Positions 30,142 through 37,562 of a DNA stretch of 64,000 nucleotides are shown piece by piece. How positions within the stretch are numbered: the first letter of the stretch is position 1; each line of letters starts with the position of its first letter. The DNA is taken from positions 672,001 through 736,000 of the forward strand of contig CAVSIV010000001.1 of NCBI GenBank assembly GCA_963728205.1, in the 5' to 3' direction. The notes below the pieces were generated by a model that searched no databases, was not told the DNA's origin, and saw nothing but the letters and a program-made list of their open reading frames with translations. A program made the translations under genes and the position numbers. Source of the stretch: an uncultured Chloroflexia bacterium. GTDB lineage: Bacteria; Chloroflexota; Dehalococcoidia; UBA2979.

Positions 30142-30239
30142 CCCCGTTCGGCAGCCCGGCTACCCGTGGCTCTGTGTGAGCCGGGAGGGCCCGTGGCTTT
30201 GCGTCCCCCGGTTCCCCGGGGTTTGCCGTTGTCGTGGGG
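30142..30239 (-). ncRNA. c-di-GMP-I riboswitch, proximal type, upstream of peptidase 2
   Basis: Same sequence as 27059-27156. Confidence 0.9.
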
Positions 30240-30340
30240 CCGGGAGCTGGTTACGGGCTCGTCATGTTCCGAACCTCCGCTTCGCGACGCCCGGCGGCGT
30301 CTGCGCCCCTGATCCGAGGAAGACGGAGGCGGGCAGCCTC

Positions 30341-30443
30341 GCAACTTCGGTAGCCCGGCCGTCATGGCCCCTCGTACAAGGGGCGGTAGACCCGTGGGCT
30401 TTGCGCCACCCGGTTTCCCGGGCTTTGCCATTTCTCGGATTGC
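30341..30443 (-). ncRNA. c-di-GMP-I riboswitch, distal type, upstream of peptidase 2
   Basis: GGCAAAGCCCGG-GAAA-CCGGGTGGCGCAAAGCC...GGCCGGGCTACCG. Confidence 0.88.
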
Positions 30444-30491
30444 CGCTTGCCAGGGACGGCTCGCCGTTGCGGCGGGGCGTCCCTTACCCGG

Positions 30492-30521
30492 GAAGACGAA
30501 CGTCAGACCGGGTTTGTGACG
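30492..30521 (-). promoter_or_regulatory. ECF-type promoter CGTCACA-N16-CGTCTTC
   Basis: Conserved bipartite motif; spacer sequence differs from the other copies. Confidence 0.72.
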
Positions 30522-30588
30522 TATGTCGCGGGCGCCGTCGACCCTGAGCCGTCCGGCGCCCGCGCGTTTCATGTTGATCAGCCGCCGG

Positions 30589-30795
30589 CTAATCCCAGGT
30601 GATCGAGAACGTGCCGTAGCTCGGCCCGGGGGCCGGAGCGGGCGTCGAGGCGGCCGGGGGCCCGATCTGGCTCGACGAGGGCTTGGCCGCCGAGCTGACA
30701 CCCGGCGAGCCGAACAGCGAAGCACCGGCGAGGATTCCGCCGGCGACGACGGCGACGACGATGCGGTGGAGGTGACCAAACTTGCGCAGGACCAT
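30589..30795 (-). CDS. 68-aa secreted mini-protein ending in SITWD (candidate peptide precursor)
   Basis: MVLRKFGHLHR + hydrophobic stretch + SSA-A, Pro/Ser/Ala linker, ...YGTFSITWD-stop; start context matches the peptidases; has its own riboswitch pair and promoter. Confidence 0.85.
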   Translation of the reverse strand: MVLRKFGHLHRIVVAVVAGGILAGASLFGSPGVSSAAKPSSSQIGPPAASTPAPAPGPSYGTFSITWD

Positions 30796-30838
30796 TGCAC
30801 TGTCCCCATTCCGGATCATGAGACTCGTGGTGCGTGGT

Positions 30839-30937
30839 CCCCGTTCGGTAGCCCGGCTACCCGTGGCTCGGTGAGAGCCGGGAGGGCCCGTGGCTTTGCG
30901 TCCCCCGGTTCCCCGGGGTTTGCCGTTTGTCGTGGGG
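30839..30937 (-). ncRNA. c-di-GMP-I riboswitch, proximal type, upstream of the mini-protein
   Basis: GGCAAACCCCGG-GGAA-CCGGGGGACGCAAAGCC...GGTAGCCGGGCTACCG. Confidence 0.9.
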
Positions 30938-31040
30938 TACGTGACTCAGGTGCGACTGGTCATCGGCCCCTCCGCTCCTGCAGCCCCCGGTGCGGGTCGC
31001 TGCTCCTCAGAATCCGAGGAAGACGGAGGCGGGAGGCCTC

Positions 31041-31143
31041 GCAATCTTCGGTAGCCCGGCCGTCATGACCCCTCGACGAGGGGCGGTAGACCCGTGGGCT
31101 TTGCGCCACCCGGTTTCCCGGGTTTTGCCGTTTCTCGGATTGC
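31041..31143 (-). ncRNA. c-di-GMP-I riboswitch, distal type, upstream of the mini-protein
   Basis: GGCAAAACCCGG-GAAA-CCGGGTGGCGCAAAGCC...GGCCGGGCTACCG. Confidence 0.88.
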
Positions 31144-31190
31144 CTGCATGCGCGGGACGCGCGACCTCCGTCGAGAGTCCCGTCACCGGA

Positions 31191-31220
31191 GAAGACGAAC
31201 GGGTACCGGCCGGTGTGACG
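31191..31220 (-). promoter_or_regulatory. ECF-type promoter CGTCACA-N16-CGTCTTC
   Basis: Conserved bipartite motif. Confidence 0.72.
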
Positions 31221-31340
31221 CGAACGGGCGAGGATGGCGCGCACCGGCGCGGGCGCCGGTGGCGAGACGCGGGCGCACCGCCCGCGTCACGCGCGACGCC
31301 GCCGCTCCACGCGTGCACCGGACGAACCGAGGGGCGGGGG

Positions 31341-32174
31341 CTAGGCGGCGACCTGCGGGCGGTGCGTGGCGATGAACTCCGCGACGTCCTCCGAGGAGGA
31401 CTCCACCTCGGCCAGCAGCCGCTCGTACTCCGCGATCAGCTGGTTCGCGCTCGCGGCGTCGAGCATGGCGCCCTGCGCCTTCGACGCGCCCTGGCGCAGC
31501 GCCAGCGCCAGCACGCCGACCGGCGCGGTGAACGCCGCGAAGCCGAGCATCCCCAGTTCGCGCCATGACAGCGCGAGTCCGAGCGCAACGAGTCCCATCA
31601 CGGCGAAGTGCACCGCGAGCCACAGGTAGTTCTCGCGGATGACGGCGAGCAGCGGCTGCCCGGTCGTGAGCGCGATCATCGCGCCGACCAGGCTCATGTT
31701 GACGGTCCACATCGCGATGCCGGCGCCGACGGCCGCGACCACGAAGGTCGCCGCGCTCGCGGGCAGGAGCGACGTGATCAGCGCGTACGTCCCGGCGGAC
31801 GCCGCGCCGGCCAGGATCAGCACCGCCGAGTTGTAGGTCAGCCGAGAGAACGGCTTGTGCCGGAAGAGCCAGGCCGCGAGGCCCACGGCGATCGCCAGCG
31901 GGACCGCGGCGCCGACGCCGTAGAGGATGCCGGCACCCATGATCGCCGCGGCTGAGACCGAGGCGCGCGTCTGCGTGAAGAGCTGCGTGCCCTGCCGCTC
32001 GATGACAGCCGCGAGCGCGATGGTGAGCAGGAGGCCGCCCCACTCGCGGGGCTGGAGGAAGGCGAGGAAGCCGAGGCCGGCGAGCGCGCCGATGACGGAG
32101 ACCGCCACGAGCAGCACCTGCGGGCGGTTGGCGAGGAGCGACGGCTGCGGCCGCGCGTCGGTCGTCGTTGCCAT
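31341..32174 (-). CDS. Multi-TM putative membrane sensor, copy 3 (diverged)
   Basis: 277 aa, collinear with copy 1 (ERQGTQLFTQTRASVSAAAI, NYLWLAVHF, EYERLLAEVE); GAGAGGG RBS. Confidence 0.87.
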   Translation of the reverse strand: MATTTDARPQPSLLANRPQVLLVAVSVIGALAGLGFLAFLQPREWGGLLLTIALAAVIERQGTQLFTQTRASVSAAAIMGAGILYGVGAAVPLAIAVGLAAWLFRHKPFSRLTYNSAVLILAGAASAGTYALITSLLPASAATFVVAAVGAGIAMWTVNMSLVGAMIALTTGQPLLAVIRENYLWLAVHFAVMGLVALGLALSWRELGMLGFAAFTAPVGVLALALRQGASKAQGAMLDAASANQLIAEYERLLAEVESSSEDVAEFIATHRPQVAA

Positions 32175-32283
32175 GTCGTCCCTCTCGTTCCCTCGACCGA
32201 ACGGGCGCGTCTTCCTTCGGGTTGCCCCGGCGCCGCGCGGGCGCGATCCGTTCCCTCCGCCGTGCGGAGGGCCGCTCGTTTCC

Positions 32284-32313
32284 TAGGACGATGCGCGGCG
32301 CCGATCTGTGACG
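32284..32313 (-). promoter_or_regulatory. ECF-type promoter CGTCACA-N16-CGTCCTA
   Basis: Upstream of membrane gene 3; no riboswitch in this leader. Confidence 0.65.
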
Positions 32314-32334
32314 TCCGCACCGCCCCGCGTTCGA

Positions 32335-32754
32335 CTAGCCGAACGGCAACGTGCCCCGTTCGGCCAGCAGCCGCATGATTTCGAACCCGCCGACCAGGCC
32401 CGAGACCACCGACAGCGCCACGATCAGCCCCGTCTGGCCGGCGCGCATCAGCGCGCTCGCGCCCGCCGCGGCGCCCCCGGCGGTCGTTGCCTTGTCGCCG
32501 GCGCGGAGGTAGCGCACCTCCTGCTTCGCCGGCCGGCCCTCGATCCCCATCGCGTCATACGCGGTGCGGTTCGTGGGGTTCGAGAGGACGTCGAACGCCC
32601 TGCGCAGTCGGTCGACCTTGTTGGGGTCTGCGACGTGCACGCGCATGAGGCGGCCGTACGCCGCGCGGATCACGGGATCCGACGCACGCGGCGAGACTTC
32701 CAGCTCCTCGTAGAGCAGGAACCCCGGCTGCTCATAGTCGTACTGAAGGGACAT
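32335..32754 (-). CDS. J-domain-like protein lacking HPD, with C-terminal TM helix
   Basis: LYEELEVSPRAS..VIRAAYGRLMRVH(VAD)P..AFDVLSNP..RTAYD; C-terminal hydrophobic segment. Confidence 0.75.
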   Translation of the reverse strand: MSLQYDYEQPGFLLYEELEVSPRASDPVIRAAYGRLMRVHVADPNKVDRLRRAFDVLSNPTNRTAYDAMGIEGRPAKQEVRYLRAGDKATTAGGAAAGASALMRAGQTGLIVALSVVSGLVGGFEIMRLLAERGTLPFG

Positions 32755-32828
32755 CTTCGCCCCCGAGCCGCACCGGCTGGCAAACAAGATCATCGGCACG
32801 GGCGAGGCGATCGCCCATGCCGACGGGT

Positions 32829-32928
32829 CCCGTTCGGCGGCCCGGCTGCCCGCGACCACCTGCGCGGCGGCCGGGAGGGCCCGTGGCTTTGCGTCCCCCG
32901 GTTCCCCGGGGTTTGCCGTTTCGCGGGG
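32829..32928 (-). ncRNA. c-di-GMP-I riboswitch (single) upstream of the J-like gene
   Basis: GGCAAACCCCGG-GGAA-CCGGGGGACGCAAAGCCACGGGCCC...GGGCAGCCGGGCCGCCG. Confidence 0.88.
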
Positions 32929-33018
32929 CGCGCCTCTCAACGCGCCGTGCACACCCGCCCGACGCGCGCTTGCACGCCGCATCCTGGAGAGAGCCTGCTG
33001 CTCCCCCTCGCTACGGAA

Positions 33019-33048
33019 GAAGACGAGCGGGCGTGCCGCGCTGTGACG
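33019..33048 (-). promoter_or_regulatory. ECF-type promoter CGTCACA-N16-CGTCTTC
   Basis: Conserved bipartite motif at the locus edge. Confidence 0.72.
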
Positions 33049-33066
33049 CGGGATGCCGGTGCCCGG

Positions 33067-35665
33067 TCAGGCGTCCAGCCAGAGGGCGACCGGGAACGTC
33101 GCCAGCGCGTCGTCGAGGCGGTGGCGCGACGACGGACCGCGGCGGCGGCCGGTGAAGACGTCGACGAACGAGCGCGTCGCGATCGCGGGAGGCAATCGCA
33201 ACGCGGTGTCGCCCCAGCGCAGCGGCGGCAGCCCGGTGCCCGGGCGCGAGGGCGGGAGCATGGCAGACGCGAGCCGCGGCACGACCACGACGGCCGTGCG
33301 TTCCGCGTACCGCCGCGCGAACGCAACGACCCGCTCGGCATGCGCGCCGGTCGCCGCGAGCGGCTCGTAGTCGCCCTCGAGGAAGAGCGCCGGGTCCTCG
33401 CGCCGCTCGCGCAGTGCCCGCGAGAGCGCATAGAGCTTCGCGCGGCCGTCGGTCCACCCGCGCAGCAGCGGCTCGAGGCCGCCCGCCGGCGGTGCCGGCG
33501 GCCCCGCGGCGTCGAGCGCGGCCAGCGCCGTGCGCCGCTCGTCGAAGTCGACGGGCCGGCGGTTGTCCGGGTCGACCAGCGAGAGGTCCCACAGGTCGGC
33601 GCCCTGGTACGTGTCCGGCACGCCGGGCGACGCCGCCTTGAGCACGACCTGCGCCAGCGCGTGCAGGGCGCCGATCGTCGCCGCGCGCTCGGCGAGCGGC
33701 CGCACGGCGTCGACGAACGCCGCGTCGTGGAGCGCCCCGGTGACGAAGCGGTCGAGGCCGCGCTCGTACGCCATCTCCGGCTCGAATCCAGCTGGTGTGC
33801 GTCTCAGCCTCGCGGGCGGCCTTTCGAAGGTACCCGCGGACGCGCACGACATACGCGTCGTCGAGCGCGGCGCCGACGGGCCACGTGCCGACCAGCACCT
33901 GGTAGAAGGCATACTCGCGCGTGGGCGACGGCGCCGCGTCGCCGAGGCTCGCCCGCAGCGGGGCGAGGTGCGCCGACCAGCGCCGGACGGCGTCCTCCCA
34001 CTCCGCGGACAGCTCCGAGAGCGCGCTGATGCGGAGGCGCGTGTCCTCACCGCGCTTGTGATCGTGCGTGGCCGTCGCGAGCATCGTGCGCGGCCAGCGG
34101 CGGCGACGGGCGTCGTTCTGGCGATGGAAGCGCTCGACGCTCGTGCCGAAGCGGTCGGGCGAGCCGCCGACCTCGCAGAGCGAGAGCAGCCGGGGATAGC
34201 GGAAGAACGCGGTGTCTTCGAGCCCCTTCGCCTGCACCGCCGGTGTGAGCTGCTGGAGCGCCATCACCGCGCGGCGCGCGGCGCCGGGCGCCGGCGCGGC
34301 GAGCGCATCGGCCGCGGCGTCGAGCGCCGCGGGGTTCGCGTCGACGGCGAGCCGGCCCGCGATCTGCCGCGCGCGAGCCACGACGCTGCGCGCGGCCGGG
34401 TCGAGGGTGTCCTCGCTGTGGTAGGTCCGATACACGGGGAGGGCGGCGAGGAGCGCGCGCACGGCGGCGGCGAACGGTTCGGGGGGCGGGGGCGCGAGGG
34501 CGGCGCCGCCCGCGCCGAGCTCGCCGGCGGCGGCGGCGAGCGCCCCGTGCAGACGGGCGGCGGCGGCGTCGAGCTGCACGCGCAGCGTGCCGTCCGCGAT
34601 CTCGCGCCGGCTCGCGAACGCGAGCTCGCCGTACGCGCGCTCGTCGCCCGTGAACGCCCGATACAGCCGCGTCAGCGCGCGCTCGGCGTGCGCGTCGACG
34701 AACAGGCCGCCCACGTCGTTGAGGAAGTCGTAGCCGGTGGTGCCGTCGCACGACCAGGCAGGCGGCAGGTGCTCGTCGCCCTCGAGGATCTTCTCTACCG
34801 AGACATACGACGGGGCGAGCCGCTCGCGCACGCGCTCCAGGTACCCGGCCGGGTCGGCGAGCCCGTCCGGGTGGTCGACGCGCAGACCCTGCACCGCTCC
34901 GTCGGCGACGAGCCGCCGCGGCAGCGCGTGGACGCGGTCGAAGACCGCGGGGTCCTCGACGCGCAGGCCGACGAGGTCGTCGATCAGGAAGAAGCGGCGA
35001 TAGTTCACGCGCTCCTTGCCCGAGAGCCAGTGCTCGAGGCGGTAGTGCTGCCGCTCGAGGAGCGCCGGGAGAGCCGTGGTCGCCGCCGCGGCGGCGTCTT
35101 CCGGGCGCAGCGGCAGACGATGCTCGAAGTAGCGCAGCCAGCCGCCGTCCGCATCGCTCTCGACGGTGAGCTCGCCGCGCGCCATCACCGCAGCGGGTTC
35201 GTCGCCGAGGATCGGCAGGACGATGCGCCCGTGCAGCGCGGGGTCCGCCGGCTCCCAGTCGATGTCGAAGAACGGCGCGTACGGCGAGTCGCGGCCGCGC
35301 CGCAGCACGTCCTCCCACCAGGCGTTGCGGCCGGCGGCCACGCCCATGTGGTTCGGCACGATGTCGATGACCTGGCCCAGGCCGAGCCGCCGCTGCTCCG
35401 AGACGAGCCGCGCGTACGCCGCTTCGCCGCCGAGCTCGGGGTTGAGCCGCTCCGGATCGATGACGTCGTAGCCGTGCGTGCTGCCGGGCGCTGCCGCCGC
35501 GATCGGCGAGAGGTAGACGTGCGTGATGCCGAGGTCGCGGAGGTAGGGGAGGACGGCGGCGGCGTCGTCGAAGGTGAAGCCGGCGTGCAGCTGGAGCCGG
35601 TAGGTGGCGGCGACCGGTGCGATCGGGCGCGCAGCCCGGCGCGCGGACGGTCGCGCGCTAGGCAC
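33067..35665 (-). CDS. treY: Malto-oligosyltrehalose synthase (frameshift near 33785)
   Basis: ATYRLQ, GSTHGYDV, DIVPNHMG, NYRRFF, GLRVDHPDGL, THDHKRGED, SLVDPDNRRPVDF. Confidence 0.9.
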
Positions 35666-37562
35666 GCGGACCCTCCCGCGTCGAGCGGAGCACCACCGCG
35701 CCCGGGCGCGTGAAGCGCGCGGTAGGCGGCCCCGAATCGAGGTCGGTGGTGACCGGGGTGGGATCCGGCGCCAGGCCGCCGTCCTCAGTGGTGAGCACGA
35801 GCTGCCAGCGTGTGCCGGCAGGCGGGTCGAGGATCGGGTGGCCTCGGTGCTCACCGCCGCCGCGCAGTCGCGCGATCACGAGGAGCTCCGCGTCGGTGCC
35901 CGCCGCGCGCCGCAGGGCGACCGTGTCCGCGTCGAGCGCGACGGCCTGCTGCCCGGCGGCCGGCCCCACCTCGCGCCGCAGCGCGAGCAGCGCGCGGTGC
36001 AGCCGCAGCGTCGACGCGTGCGGCTCGCGGTCGCGCTCGGTCCAGTCGAGCCGGCTACGGGCGAAGGTCGCGGGATCCTGCGGGTCGGGGATGCGCTGGC
36101 GGCTGGCAGGGTCGCGGAACGCCTCCCAGTGGCGAAACTCGTTGCGGCGGCCCTCGGTGACGAGGCGGCCCAGCTCGTCGTGGTGGTCGGTGAAGTAGAG
36201 GAACGGCGTGCTCGCCGCCCACTCCTCGCCCATGAAGAGCAGCACCGAGGCGCCGCCGCAGAGCAGGAGCGCGGCGGCCGCGCGCACCGCCTCGGGCGCG
36301 GCCTCGTCCGTGAGGCGCGTGCCGAACGCGCGGTTGCCGATCTGGTCGTGGTTCTGCAGGCAGTGGACGAAGCGCGGCAGGGCGAGCCCATCGGGACTGG
36401 TGCCGCGCGGCTCATCCCAGAACGCCGAGTGCTCTCCGGTGTACAGCCAGCCGCGCGCGAGCGACGTCGCGATCTCCGCGGTGGTGCCGGCGTAGTCCTG
36501 GAAGTAGCCCTCGTGATCGCCCGCCAGCAGGCGTCGCGTCGCATGATGGAAGTCGTCGGCGAAGGTCGCGTCGAGCCCCCAGCCGCCGTTCGCGGGCGGC
36601 CGCACGACGGTGTCGAGGTTGCGATGGTCCTCCGCGATCACGACCGGCCGTCCGCGCCCCGTCCGCGCCCCGTGCACCGCGTCCGCGTACTCCGCGAGGA
36701 AGTGGCGCGGACCGTCGTCGCGCAGCGCGTGCGTGGCGTCGAGGCGGAAGCCGTCGACGTGGTACTCGTGCAGCCAGTGCAGCGCGCTCTCGACGAAATA
36801 GCCGCGCACCGCACCGGCGCCGGGCCCGTCGAGGTTGATGGCGGCGCCCCACGGCGTGTGGTGCCGCGGGTTGAAGTACTGGCGCGCGTACGTGCCCTGG
36901 TACGCGCCGTCCGGCCCGAAGTGGTTGTAGACGACGTCGAGGATCACGCCGAGCCCCAGTGCGTGCGCACGGTCGACGAGCGCGCGCAGATCGTCGGGGC
37001 GTCCGTAGCAGCGGGCGGGAGCGAAGAGGTCGACGCCGTCGTAGCCCCAGTTGCGATCGCCCGCGAAGTCGGCGACGGGCAGCAGCTGCACCGCCGTGAC
37101 GCCGAGCTCCGCGAGCTCGTCCAGCCGCGCGGTCGCGGCCGCGAACGTGCCCTCGCGCGTGAACGTGCCGACGTGCAGCTCGTAGATCGCGAGGGCGTCG
37201 CGGTCGAGGCCGTGCCAGCCGTCGTCGGTCCAGCGAAACGCGGTGGGATCGATGACCTCGGAGGGCCCGTGCACACCCTCCGGCTGGAAGCGCGAGGCGA
37301 CGTCGGGCAGCGCCGGGCCCTCCTCGAGCACATAGCGGTAGCGCGCGCCCGCGTCGATGCCGGGCACGATGCCGCTGAAGTAGCCGGCGTCGTCGCGCGC
37401 GAGCGGATGCTCGCCGCGCGGGCGTCCTGCGTCGTCCTCGACGCGCACCGCCAGGCGTCGCGGGGAAGGCGCCCACGTGCGGAACCGCACGCCGTCGCCG
37501 TCGAGCCACGCGCCGAGGGACGGCCGCCAGCCGGTGCCGGTGCCGGTGCGGGGGCCGGTCAT
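35658..37562 (-). CDS. treZ: Malto-oligosyltrehalose trehalohydrolase
   Basis: QPEGVHGPS, YELHVGTFT, RNWGYDGV, RLDATH, LQNHDQIGNR, IPDPQD. Confidence 0.93.
   Translation of the reverse strand: MTGPRTGTGTGWRPSLGAWLDGDGVRFRTWAPSPRRLAVRVEDDAGRPRGEHPLARDDAGYFSGIVPGIDAGARYRYVLEEGPALPDVASRFQPEGVHGPSEVIDPTAFRWTDDGWHGLDRDALAIYELHVGTFTREGTFAAATARLDELAELGVTAVQLLPVADFAGDRNWGYDGVDLFAPARCYGRPDDLRALVDRAHALGLGVILDVVYNHFGPDGAYQGTYARQYFNPRHHTPWGAAINLDGPGAGAVRGYFVESALHWLHEYHVDGFRLDATHALRDDGPRHFLAEYADAVHGARTGRGRPVVIAEDHRNLDTVVRPPANGGWGLDATFADDFHHATRRLLAGDHEGYFQDYAGTTAEIATSLARGWLYTGEHSAFWDEPRGTSPDGLALPRFVHCLQNHDQIGNRAFGTRLTDEAAPEAVRAAAALLLCGGASVLLFMGEEWAASTPFLYFTDHHDELGRLVTEGRRNEFRHWEAFRDPASRQRIPDPQDPATFARSRLDWTERDREPHASTLRLHRALLALRREVGPAAGQQAVALDADTVALRRAAGTDAELLVIARLRGGGEHRGHPILDPPAGTRWQLVLTTEDGGLAPDPTPVTTDLDSGPPTARFTRPGAVVLRSTREGPRA

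Larger units (their letters stand above)
27431..30502. repeat. Tandem duplication unit 2
   Basis: Same gene and riboswitch order and the same boundary sequences as 24237-27421. Confidence 0.9.

Noticed and set aside
27059-32928. Riboswitches as cGAMP-sensing GEMM-Ib variants
   Set aside because: All seven read GGCAAA with G at the G20-equivalent position rather than A
23440-33066. SITWD locus as a mobile element or island
   Set aside because: No integrase, transposase, tRNA or flanking direct repeats seen, and composition resembles the flanks
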